DNA of 64,000 nt from an uncultured Acidobacteriota bacterium (GTDB lineage Bacteria > Acidobacteriota > Vicinamibacteria > Vicinamibacterales > UBA2999), in NCBI GenBank assembly GCA_963784065.1, contig CAWAQA010000004.1, positions 341,087 to 405,086 of the forward strand, written 5' to 3'. Shown piece after piece: positions 19,771-28,165 of the stretch (the first letter of the stretch is position 1; each line of letters opens with the position of its first letter). The notes beneath the pieces are model-generated. The model worked only from the letters and a program-made list of their open reading frames with translations, did not search any database and was not told the DNA's origin. The translations under genes and the position numbers were made by a program.

Positions 19771-20105
19771 ATCGATTGACTGCGGGAGACAGTAGACTGG
19801 AGGCAGGATCGGGGGGAGAACAGATGAGCGCACAGAAGGACCTGGAGGGCCTGGGCAGTTACGAGGCTTCGTGCAGGTTCCGCGAGATCGCCGAAGCGCT
19901 CGATCGTGCCCGACGCCACGATCGCACGGGAGGCGGAGGCGAAGGACACGTCTCGGGATTCGTTGCAGCGTGAGCGCACGCGAGAAGCCGGCGACGCCGA
20001 CCCGGGCGATTCGTAATTCGCGATGGTGATCGCCGGATTCAGGCCTCTAAATCGCGCTTCGCGAACCGCAGATCACGATCCTCCCTGTTATCCTGTAACT
20101 CACCG

Positions 20106-22433
20106 ATGAGATGGCAGAAAAGGGCTCGCTTCGGCGTGGCGGTCTTCGGGATCGCGTGCGCGATTGCCGTATACGCGGCCATCGGCGAGCGTGCGGCCGG
20201 GACACCCCCGGCCGCGCCTGCGCGCATCGATCCGAAGGCCATCATCGAGAGCGAGGGCGCACAGCTCCAGCAGGAACGCGGCGCCGAGCGTGACTTCGAC
20301 ATCAAGTCCGACCGCCAGCTCGCCTACGAGGACGGCTCCACCAAGCTCATCGGAGTCGAGATCCACGTCCGCGGCCGCCGCGGGCGTGATTTCGTCCTCA
20401 CCGGACGTGAAGCGCAGGCTGGCCAGAACCAGGACGACCTGCAGCTCGCCGGCGCCGTCAAGCTCGCGGCGAGCGACGGCTTCGTGCTCACCGCCGAAAG
20501 TGCGTCCTTCAGCCGCGGCGACGGCATCGTGCGCGCTCCGGGACCGATCGCGTTCGAGAAGGGACGGATGTCCGGCTCTGGCGTCGGGATGTCCTACGAC
20601 CAGGAGAACGACGTCGTGTCGCTGCTCGAGCAGGCGCGGGTGAAGACGGCAAACGAGAACGGCACCACCCAGATGGAGTTCACAGCCGGCTCCGCGGTGT
20701 TGAATCGTCTCCAGGACTACCTGACGCTCGAGGGCAGCGTGCACGCCCTGCGCGGGGAACAGGTGTTCGACGCTGACCGCGGCACGGCGCGTCTGACAAC
20801 GGGCGAAGACGCCGTCACCTTCATCGAGCTCCGCGGCAACGCCCGCGTGGCCGGGGGAAGCGGGACGCTCGATGCGATGAGTGCCCGCGACATCGATCTC
20901 GACTACACCGACGACGGCCAGACGCTCGAGCGCGTGCTGCTGACCGGCAGTGCGGCGCTGGCGATGACCGGGCAGAACGGCGGCAGCGGCCGCCAGATGA
21001 TCGGCGAGACGCTCGACGTCGTGCTCGCCCCCGACGGTGCGGTGACGAAAGCCACGGGCCGCGAGAAGGTGCAGCTCGACATGCCGGCCTCCGATGGCGT
21101 CGCCGCTCGAACGGTCAAGTCGAGGTTGCTCGATGCCGACGGCGAGCCGGGCAAGGGCCTGACGGCGGCACGCTTCACCGACAACGTGGAGTATCGGGAG
21201 GAAGCGCGTCAGGGGGCGGCGCCGCGCGCGGCGCGCTCGAACGCGCTGCAGGTGACCTTCGAGGACGATGCGATCGACAGCGCCGTGTTCACCGGCAGCG
21301 TGCGATTCGCCGAGGAGGGGCTGCAGGCGTCCGGCGCCGAGGCTCGCTACGACCCGAACGAGGGTCGCCTGCGTATCACCGGCATCGATGCGGGGGGGCC
21401 GCCGCGCGTCGCGGATGAGCAGATCACGATCGAGGCGCAGAAGAGCATCGACGTGACGCTCGAGGATCGCGGCATGAGCGCCGTCGGCGTCGTGAAGACA
21501 TCGCTGCGCTCAGGTGGCCGCACACTTGCGGGACGCGGCCGCGGCGCCGGCTCGGCCCGCGCGTCGCGCCTCCCGGGCCTGCTCAAGAACGAGGAGCCCG
21601 CCAACGTCTGGGCCGACGCCCTCCAGTACGAAGGTGGCGCCGGCAAGGCGGTCTACAGCGGCGACGCGAGGCTCTGGCAGGGCGAAACGGCCATCCGGGC
21701 AGACGTCATCACCATCGACCAGAACAACGGCGACCTCGCCGCGGTCGGCTCGGCGCGCTCGACCCTCGTGTTCGATAACGGCATCTCGCAGGGCCGCGCC
21801 GCTGAAATCCGCTACGACGACGCGAAGCGCGTCATCGGTTATTCGAACCCCATCCTGTCCTCGCTGCCGGCAGCGGCTGGCGGACGAGGAGCCGCACCGG
21901 CAAGCCCGTCTCCCGCAGCGCCGGCAATTCCGCCCACCGGTGCACCGGCTCTCCCGCCGACCGCGTTACCGGCAAGCCCGCCCACCGTTGCACCGGCAAG
22001 CCCGCCCACCGTTGCACCGGCAGGCCCGTCCACCGTTGCACCGGCAGGCCCGCCCGGCGTCGCACCGGTTGTCCCGCTCGTCACCTCGGCCCTGTTGAGT
22101 GGACCGCAGGGCGATCTGCGCGCGAATCGGATCGAGGTGATCCTCGCGCGGAACGGCAGCCGCGTGGAGCGGCTCGAGGCGTACACCGATGTCAGCGCCC
22201 GCGTCGATACGCGGCTCGCCACCGGCGGGCGCCTCACGTACTACGCCGAGGACGAGCGTTACGTGCTGGTCGGCGCGTCGCCGGTGCCGGTGAAGGTCGT
22301 GGACATCTGCCGCTCGACGAGCGGCAAGACGGTGACGTTCTTCAAGACGGCCGATCGGATCATCGTCGACGGCAACGAGGAGATTCGCACGCAGACGAAG
22401 AGCGGCGGACCGTGCTCCGCGCCCGCGCGCTGA
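20106..22433 (+). CDS. large LptC/LptA-like (OstA-family) periplasmic LPS-transport protein with an N-terminal membrane anchor and a Pro-rich repeat insert
   Basis: Intact 775-aa ORF immediately upstream of lptB. TM anchor [19 protein letters not shown]. It carries several LptA-like beta-jellyroll segments ([46 protein letters not shown]; [26 protein letters not shown]; [19 protein letters not shown]). The call rests on pattern and synteny, not on a search. Confidence 0.6.
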   Translation: MRWQKRARFGVAVFGIACAIAVYAAIGERAAGTPPAAPARIDPKAIIESEGAQLQQERGAERDFDIKSDRQLAYEDGSTKLIGVEIHVRGRRGRDFVLTGREAQAGQNQDDLQLAGAVKLAASDGFVLTAESASFSRGDGIVRAPGPIAFEKGRMSGSGVGMSYDQENDVVSLLEQARVKTANENGTTQMEFTAGSAVLNRLQDYLTLEGSVHALRGEQVFDADRGTARLTTGEDAVTFIELRGNARVAGGSGTLDAMSARDIDLDYTDDGQTLERVLLTGSAALAMTGQNGGSGRQMIGETLDVVLAPDGAVTKATGREKVQLDMPASDGVAARTVKSRLLDADGEPGKGLTAARFTDNVEYREEARQGAAPRAARSNALQVTFEDDAIDSAVFTGSVRFAEEGLQASGAEARYDPNEGRLRITGIDAGGPPRVADEQITIEAQKSIDVTLEDRGMSAVGVVKTSLRSGGRTLAGRGRGAGSARASRLPGLLKNEEPANVWADALQYEGGAGKAVYSGDARLWQGETAIRADVITIDQNNGDLAAVGSARSTLVFDNGISQGRAAEIRYDDAKRVIGYSNPILSSLPAAAGGRGAAPASPSPAAPAIPPTGAPALPPTALPASPPTVAPASPPTVAPAGPSTVAPAGPPGVAPVVPLVTSALLSGPQGDLRANRIEVILARNGSRVERLEAYTDVSARVDTRLATGGRLTYYAEDERYVLVGASPVPVKVVDICRSTSGKTVTFFKTADRIIVDGNEEIRTQTKSGGPCSAPAR
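21893..22078 (+). repeat. 24-nt (8-codon) tandem repeat, about 7.5 degenerate units, encoding PPTVAPAS-type Pro-rich linker
   Basis: Best units are caccgttgcaccggcaagcccgcc (21983-22006), caccgttgcaccggcaggcccgtc (22007-22030) and caccgttgcaccggcaggcccgcc (22031-22054). Flanking units are progressively more degenerate. Confidence 0.8.
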
Positions 22434-23172
22434 ATGTCCACCCACACGTCGACGCTCTGCACCCAGGCGCTCACGAAGTCGTACAGCGGACGCACCGTCT
22501 GTACGGGGCGTGAGCCTGGACGTGGCATCCGGGGAGGTGGTCGGCCTGCTCGGGCCGAATGGCGCGGGCAAGACCACGACGTTCTACATGACGGTCGGGC
22601 TCACGGTGCCCGATTCGGGACGCGTGATCCTCGACGGCGAGGATGTCACCGATGACCCGATGTATGTGCGCGCGCGAAAGGGTATCGGCTACCTGCCGCA
22701 GGAGCCGTCGATCTTCCGTGGCCTCTCCGTGGAACAGAACATCATGGCCATCCTCGAGACCCTCGATCTCGACGCCGCCGGACGGCGCGAGCGGCTGCGC
22801 GAGCTGCTCGCCGAGCTGAACCTGACGCCTCTCGCCAAGGCACCGGCTTACACACTCTCGGGTGGCGAACGCCGGCGCGCCGAGATCACGCGCGCGCTCG
22901 TCATCTCGCCGCGGTTCATCCTGCTCGACGAGCCGTTCGCGGGCATCGATCCGATCGCCGTGACGGATATCCAGAAGATCATCTTCCACCTGAAGGAGCG
23001 CGGGATCGGCGTGCTGATCACCGATCACAACGTCCGCGAGACGCTCCGCATCACGGACCGGGCATACATCGTGCACGACGGCGTAATCTTTCGGAGCGGC
23101 ACGCCCGATTCACTCGCCGCTGACGAAGAAGTGCGCCGGATTTATTTGGGAGCCGACTTCCGGCTGGACTAA
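22434..23172 (+). pseudogene. lptB: LPS export ABC transporter ATP-binding protein LptB. The frame is broken by one extra base at 22500.
   Basis: The N-terminus ...[10 protein letters not shown] lies in the frame of ORF 22434. It continues [30 protein letters not shown] in the frame of ORF 22510. Deleting t22500 joins them. Signature [15 protein letters not shown] and Walker [13 protein letters not shown] are present. Confidence 0.9.
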
Positions 23173-23199
23173 GATGACCTCTGGTAGACGACGCTAGAC

Positions 23200-24621
23200 A
23201 TGGCGATTTCGCAGAAACTGCACACAAAGCTCGTCCAGAAGCTGATTCTGACGCCGTCGCTTCAGCAGGCGATCAAGCTCCTTCCGATGTCCACGCTCGA
23301 GCTCTCCGAACTTCTCAACCAGGAGATGGTCGAGAACCCGATGCTCGAGGAAGTTCCCACGGAAGAGCTTCAGCCGGTCGAAGCGGCGCAGGAAAAACAG
23401 GAAGAGAAGAAACCCGAGAACAAGGACACCTGGGACGATCAGGATTACGAGTACTTCTTCGGCGACTATCTCGACGACGGCTACCGCCCGCGCACGCCGA
23501 CCGAGGTCAAGGAGCTGCCGCCGATCGAGAACACGCTCTCGAGTACCGCCTCGCTCTCGGACCACCTCCTCTGGCAGCTCTCGATGCAGACCGACGATGC
23601 GGCCATGCGCGAAATCGGCGAGGCGATCATCGGCAACCTCGATGACGACGGTTATCTCGTCGCCACGGTCGACGAGCTCGCGGGCATGGGCCCGTGGCCG
23701 ACCGAAGTGGTCGAGCGCGCGCTCAAGCTGGTTCAGGGCTTCGACCCGATCGGCGTCGCCAGCCGCGACCTGCAGGAATGCCTGCTGCTCCAATTACGTC
23801 ATCTCGGCATGTCCGGTACGCCGTCCGAGCGGATCGTCACGGAGCACATGCGGCTCCTGCAGAACCACCAGGTGCCCGAGCTCGCGCGCAAGCTCGGGAT
23901 GTCGATCGACGATCTCAAACAGCACATCGAGCTGATCCGCCACCTCGATCCGAAACCCGGCAGCCGGCTGAACCCGTCGCAGTCCCAGTACGTGATCCCC
24001 GACGTCTACATCGTGAAGGTCGAGGATCAGTACGTGGCCGTGCTCAACGAGGAAGGCCTGCCGCAGCTCAGGATCAGTCCGGTGTACCGGCGCCTGCTCG
24101 ACAAGAGCGCGGTGGAGAACACGGACGAGACACGCGCCTACGTGAAGGACAAGTTCCGCTCGGCGCTGTGGCTGATCAAGTCGGTGGAGCAGCGGCAGAA
24201 GACGATTCACAAGGTCGCCAGCAGCATCATCAACTTCCAGCGCGACTTCCTCGACCACGGCATCGAGTATCTGCGTCCGCTCGTCCTGCGCGACGTCGCC
24301 AACGACATCGGGATGCACGAGTCCACGGTGAGCCGCGTCGTCACCAACAAGTACATGCACACGCCGCAAGGCGTGTTCGAGATGAAGTACTTCTTCCACA
24401 GCGGCATTGCCAGCTCGTACGGCGAGGCGGTCTCGTCCGTGACGATCAAGCAGCGCATCCGGAAGATCATCGAACAGGAGGATCCGCGCAAGCCGCTGAG
24501 CGACTCGAAGATCGTCAGCATCCTCCAGCGCGAGGGCCTCGAGCTGGCGCGGCGCACGATCGCCAAGTACCGGGAGGAACTGAAGATCCCCACCTCCAAC
24601 CAGCGCAAAGTCCTCTATTAG
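23200..24621 (+). CDS. rpoN: RNA polymerase sigma-54 factor
   Basis: Intact 473-aa ORF. The N-terminus MAISQKLHTKLVQKLILTPSLQQAIKLL is region I. HTH region RDVANDIGMHESTVSRV. RpoN box ARRTIAKYREELKIP. Confidence 0.95.
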   Translation: MAISQKLHTKLVQKLILTPSLQQAIKLLPMSTLELSELLNQEMVENPMLEEVPTEELQPVEAAQEKQEEKKPENKDTWDDQDYEYFFGDYLDDGYRPRTPTEVKELPPIENTLSSTASLSDHLLWQLSMQTDDAAMREIGEAIIGNLDDDGYLVATVDELAGMGPWPTEVVERALKLVQGFDPIGVASRDLQECLLLQLRHLGMSGTPSERIVTEHMRLLQNHQVPELARKLGMSIDDLKQHIELIRHLDPKPGSRLNPSQSQYVIPDVYIVKVEDQYVAVLNEEGLPQLRISPVYRRLLDKSAVENTDETRAYVKDKFRSALWLIKSVEQRQKTIHKVASSIINFQRDFLDHGIEYLRPLVLRDVANDIGMHESTVSRVVTNKYMHTPQGVFEMKYFFHSGIASSYGEAVSSVTIKQRIRKIIEQEDPRKPLSDSKIVSILQREGLELARRTIAKYREELKIPTSNQRKVLY

Positions 24622-24662
24622 CCGTGAGCCGTGGGCCTTGTGCCCTTGATTCCGATTGACTC
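24621..24662 (+). repeat. degenerate heptanucleotide array (GCCGTGN-type), 6 units, between rpoN stop and hpf start
   Basis: Reads gccgtga gccgtgg gccttgt gcccttg attccga ttgactc, then gcc ATG (24666). Confidence 0.7.
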
Positions 24663-24665
24663 GCC

Positions 24666-25233
24666 ATGCGTCTCGAACTGACTGGACGACACGTCACCAT
24701 CACCCCCAACATCCGTAAGCTGGTCGATCAGCAGCTGAAGCACGTGCAGCGCCTGCTCAACGATCACGCGGTCTCGGGGCAGATCGTGCTCACCAAGGAG
24801 AAATCGCGCGTGCACTGCGACGCGACCATCCACGCCCGCGGCGACAAGTTCCTGCACGGGGAGGCCTCGGGCAAGGACGTCGAGTCGGCCGTCGCCGGGG
24901 CGGTCGACAAGATCGATCGCCAGGCGCAGAAGATCAAGGGGAAATGGACCGAGAGCAAGCGCCGCGGCATCTCGGCGGCCAAGGCGGCGTCCGCCGCCCC
25001 CCGTCCCGAACGCGGCGGCAGGGCGTTTGGCGATCAGCCTCGCAGGCGGCGGAGAGGACGAGCTGCGGATCATCCGCGCCCGTCGCGCCGTGAAGCCGAT
25101 GACCATCGACGAAGCCGCCATGGAAGTAGGGGACGACAACAACGCGTTCGTCGTCTTCCGCAACGCGGACAACGACGAGATCACGGTGCTGTTCCGCCGG
25201 GCCGATGGCAACCTCGGGATAATCGAACCGTAA
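24666..25233 (+). pseudogene. hpf: ribosome hibernation-promoting factor, long form. One frame break near 25000.
   Basis: The N-terminal S30AE domain (MRLELTGRHVTITPNIRKLVDQQL...ARGDKFLHGEASGKDVESAVAGAVDKIDRQ) lies in ORF 24666. The C-terminal dimerisation domain (ELRIIRARRAVKPMTIDEAAMEVGDDNNAFVVFRNADNDEITVLFRRADGNLGIIEP) lies in ORF 25027..25233. The junction is in the Pro/Ala-rich linker around the C-run at 24997-25002. Confidence 0.85.
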
Positions 25234-25246
25234 GCGTAGCGGCCTG

Positions 25247-25324
25247 ATGCAAGTGCGAAATGCACGATGACAAACCGGACGTTTGGCATTCGGCATGGGG
25301 CATTTGGCATTGAGCATTGACATG
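25247..25324 (+). repeat. inverted heptanucleotide arrays: ATGCNNN-type (4 units) then NNGGCAT-type (6 units), ending on the hprK ATG
   Basis: Left array 25247-25274: atgcaag tgcgaaa tgcacga tgacaaa. Right array 25283-25324: ttggcat tcggcat ggggcat ttggcat tgagcat tgacatg. Confidence 0.75.
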
Positions 25325-26320
25325 GTCCCAGTCGTCACCGTCGCCGGCCTGCTGCACAGCCGGCCCGAAGCGATCGGCCTGCCGCTCGAACTGCTCAGCG
25401 GCGAGGGTGGCCTCGAGCGCGGAATCGCCAGCCCCCATATCCAGAAGACCGGTCTCGCGCTGACCGGTTTCGACGAGTATCTCCGTCCGGCCCGCATCCT
25501 CGTCTTCGGCGAGAGCGAGGTGCGGTATCTGGAAAGCCTGCCCGCCGAGCGACGGCTCAACACGCTCGCGTCGGTGTTCAGCCACGACATCCCGTGCGTG
25601 CTCATCACGGGCGGGTGGGTTCCCCCGATCGAGTTGCTCCTGGCGGCGGGGCGCTATCACGTGCCGTTGCTGCGGACCAACGTGGCGACGCCGCTCGCGA
25701 TCGCCAAGATCACGGCGCTGCTCGACGACCGGCTGGCGGTCCGCGAGGTGATCCATGGCGTGCTGATGGACATCCTCGGGCTCGGCGTGCTGATCGTGGG
25801 CGAGAGCGGCATCGGGAAGAGCGAGTGCGCCCTCGACCTCGTCGTGCGCGGACACCGGCTGGTCGCGGACGACACGGTGGAGGTCCGCCGGCGCGGTGAG
25901 ACCGTCGTCGTCGGCACATGTCCAGAGCTGACGCGGCATCACATGGAGGTCCGCGGCCTCGGCGTCATCAACATCCGCGACCTGTTCGGCGTCGCTTCGA
26001 CGCGCACGACGAAGCGCGTGGAGCTCGTGGTGCAGCTCGAACGGTGGGATCCGGCTCGTGAGTACGACCGCCTGGGCCTCGACGAGAACGTCTACGACCT
26101 CCTCGGCTTGAAGGTCCCGCTCATCCGCATGCCTGTCGCCCCGGGCCGCAGCCTGGCCATCCTGGTCGAGGTCGCGGCGCGGAACCAGCTGCTGCGGACG
26201 CGCGGCCTGAACGCCGCGAAGGAGCTCGTGTCGCGCCTCGAGCAGCAGTTGCGTGACGAGGACAGCGACCCGGACGCGGACGCGGATGCGGACGAGCTGG
26301 ACCCGGGGGACCGGCTGTGA
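25322..26320 (+). CDS. hprK: HPr kinase/phosphorylase
   Basis: Walker A GESGIGKSECALDLV. RGHRLVADD. HMEVRGLGVINIRDLFG. PGRSLAILVEVAARN. I prefer ATG 25322 (MVPVVTVAGLL) because the codons from 25283 only translate the heptad array. Confidence 0.9.
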   Translation: MVPVVTVAGLLHSRPEAIGLPLELLSGEGGLERGIASPHIQKTGLALTGFDEYLRPARILVFGESEVRYLESLPAERRLNTLASVFSHDIPCVLITGGWVPPIELLLAAGRYHVPLLRTNVATPLAIAKITALLDDRLAVREVIHGVLMDILGLGVLIVGESGIGKSECALDLVVRGHRLVADDTVEVRRRGETVVVGTCPELTRHHMEVRGLGVINIRDLFGVASTRTTKRVELVVQLERWDPAREYDRLGLDENVYDLLGLKVPLIRMPVAPGRSLAILVEVAARNQLLRTRGLNAAKELVSRLEQQLRDEDSDPDADADADELDPGDRL

Positions 26321-26403
26321 CGAAAGCGCGAACGTCGGTGTCAAATCGGACGCCACAACAGAAGGGCATCGTGAGGTCCGGCCTGGCCCGGAAAACGTCG
26401 GCC

Positions 26404-27315
26404 ATGCGCCGGAAGACGGCGAGCCTCAGCTGGAAGTCGCCGGCGCGCCGGGGAACGAGGCGCTTCGTCATCCTGACCGGGTTGTCGGGGTCGGGCAAGA
26501 CACACGCGGTGCGCGCGCTCGAGGACCTCGGCTACTTCTGCGTCGACAACCTGCCGACGCAGCTCATTCCGACGATGGCGGAGCTGACGAAGCGGGAGGA
26601 TGCCGGCCTCGACAAGGTGGCGATCGTCGTCGACGTGCGGGAGCGCGAGTTCTCGGCCAGGTTTCCCCGGATGTACCGGCGGCTGCGGGCGACGCCGGGC
26701 GTGGAGCCGATGCTGATCTTCCTCGAGGCGAGCGACGCGGCGCTGATGCGCCGCTTCAGCGAGACGCGCCGGCCGCATCCGCTCGCGCCCGATCGATCGG
26801 TGAGCGAAGGCATCGCCGAGGAGCGCGAGCACCTGAAGGCGATCCGCAAGATGGCGGATCTCATCCTCGACACGTCGAACCTGACCGTGCACGAGCTGCG
26901 CGACATCTTCATGCGCATGTCCCGCGAAAGCGGCGGCGCACGCGCCGAGATGGTCGTCAACCTGGTGAGCTTCGGCTATAAACAGGGCGTGCCGATGGAT
27001 GCGGACCTCGTGTTCGACGTGCGCTGCCTGCCGAATCCGCATTTCGTGGACAACCTGCGCAAGCTCACCGGGCGGGATGCCGCTGTCGTCCGCTACATGC
27101 GGACGCACGAGGCGACGCAGGATTTCATCGAGAGGCTGACATCGTTCCTGAAGTTCGCGTTGCCGCACTACGTGCGCGAGGGGAAGAGTTACTTGACGGT
27201 GGCGATCGGCTGCACCGGCGGGCAGCACCGCTCGGTGATGATTGCCGAGGCGCTGAAGAACGCGCTGGCGGACGTCAAGGGCGTGCGCCTCCGGGTGAAG
27301 CACCGCGACAGCTGA
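26404..27315 (+). CDS. rapZ: RNase adapter / nucleotide-binding protein RapZ (YvcJ family)
   Basis: FVILTGLSGSGKTHAVRALEDLGYFCVDNLP, RFSETRRPHPL, FGYKQGVPMDADLVFDVRCLPNPH, and VAIGCTGGQHRSV. The start is uncertain: the ORF opens at 26317, and ATG 26404 gives a family-typical length. Confidence 0.85.
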   Translation: MRRKTASLSWKSPARRGTRRFVILTGLSGSGKTHAVRALEDLGYFCVDNLPTQLIPTMAELTKREDAGLDKVAIVVDVREREFSARFPRMYRRLRATPGVEPMLIFLEASDAALMRRFSETRRPHPLAPDRSVSEGIAEEREHLKAIRKMADLILDTSNLTVHELRDIFMRMSRESGGARAEMVVNLVSFGYKQGVPMDADLVFDVRCLPNPHFVDNLRKLTGRDAAVVRYMRTHEATQDFIERLTSFLKFALPHYVREGKSYLTVAIGCTGGQHRSVMIAEALKNALADVKGVRLRVKHRDS

Positions 27316-27374
27316 GGAACCATGTCTCGAGGCTTGTCGCGGCAAGGTGGAGAGGGCCGGAAGACCCGGCAACG

Positions 27375-27785
27375 ATGATCGGGATCGTCGTCGTCACCCA
27401 TGGACAGCTGGCGACCGAGCTGCTGAATGCCGCCGAGACGATCGTCGGCGACCTGCCGCGCTTCACGGCCGTGTCGATCGGCTGGCACGAGGATACGCAG
27501 GATGCGCGCGACGAGATCGCGGCGGCCATCGGCCGCGTGCAGCAGGGTCAGGGCGTGGTGATCCTGACCGACATGTTTGGCGGGACGCCGTCGAACCTGG
27601 CGATGTCGTTTCTCGGGCAGCAGGACGTTGAAGTGATCACCGGCGTGAACCTGCCGATGTTGATCAAGCTGGCCGGCCTGAAGGAGCAGGACAGCCTGCT
27701 GACGGTCGCGCGCGAGATGCGCGAACATGGACGCAACGCGATCTGGGTGGCATCGGACCTGTTGCGGGGCGAGAAGGCTCAATGA
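27375..27785 (+). CDS. PTS EIIA component, mannose/fructose family
   Basis: Intact 136-aa ORF. MIGIVVVTHGQLATELL carries the phospho-His context. ILTDMFGGTPSN. No EIIB, EIIC or EIID gene lies nearby. Confidence 0.85.
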   Translation: MIGIVVVTHGQLATELLNAAETIVGDLPRFTAVSIGWHEDTQDARDEIAAAIGRVQQGQGVVILTDMFGGTPSNLAMSFLGQQDVEVITGVNLPMLIKLAGLKEQDSLLTVAREMREHGRNAIWVASDLLRGEKAQ

Positions 27786-27801
27786 TGGTCGGTGTGCGAG
27801 C

Positions 27802-27890
27802 CTGCCGCCTGTATTGCAGTCTGTACGCAGCCGTCTGCAGTGTTTCGATCGACGGTCACGGTGAAGATCGAGGATTGTAGATAGAGATGA
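27802..27890 (+). repeat. EIIA-ptsH spacer built of heptad words (CTGCNGN/GCAGTNT-type, then GAGGATN-type ending on the ptsH ATG)
   Basis: 27802-27843 reads ctgccgc ctgtatt gcagtct gtacgca gccgtct gcagtgt. 27863-27890 reads gaagatc gaggatt gtagata gagatga, with the ATG at 27887. Confidence 0.65.
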
Positions 27891-28165
27891 CCAGCAAAGC
27901 GGTCGTCGTGAGCAACCCGCTCGGGCTCCATGCCCGCGCGGCGGCGCGGTTCGTGCACCTGGCGACGCGGTTCGCGTCGCAGATTCGCGTCGCGCGGGAG
28001 TCGAAGGTGATGGACGGGAAGAGCATCATGGGTATCCTGCTGCTGGCCGCCGCGCGCGGCACGACCATCACGATTAGCGCCGAGGGCCTCGACGAGGCTG
28101 ATGCCGTCGCGGCGCTGGTGCGGCTGGTCGAATCCGGCTTTGGTGAGGAGTCGTGGAACGCCTGA
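27887..28165 (+). CDS. ptsH: phosphocarrier protein HPr
   Basis: Intact 92-aa ORF. His-15 context NPLGLHARAAARFV. Ser-46 context DGKSIMGILLL. Confidence 0.85.
   Translation: MTSKAVVVSNPLGLHARAAARFVHLATRFASQIRVARESKVMDGKSIMGILLLAAARGTTITISAEGLDEADAVAALVRLVESGFGEESWNA

Noticed and set aside
22434-23172. Frame breaks considered as programmed ribosomal frameshifting or recoding.
   Set aside because: No slippery heptamer or downstream structure is shared between sites. Both insertions and deletions occur. Dozens of unrelated genes are hit in a clustered way, and none belongs to families known to use programmed shifts (prfB, dnaX and IS transposases are absent).
25283-25321. TGGCAT words upstream of hprK considered as sigma-54 (-24/-12) promoter elements, attractive because rpoN is adjacent.
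   Set aside because: The spacing to any GC/TTGC element does not fit TGGCAC-N5-TTGC. The words are simply units of the period-7 array.
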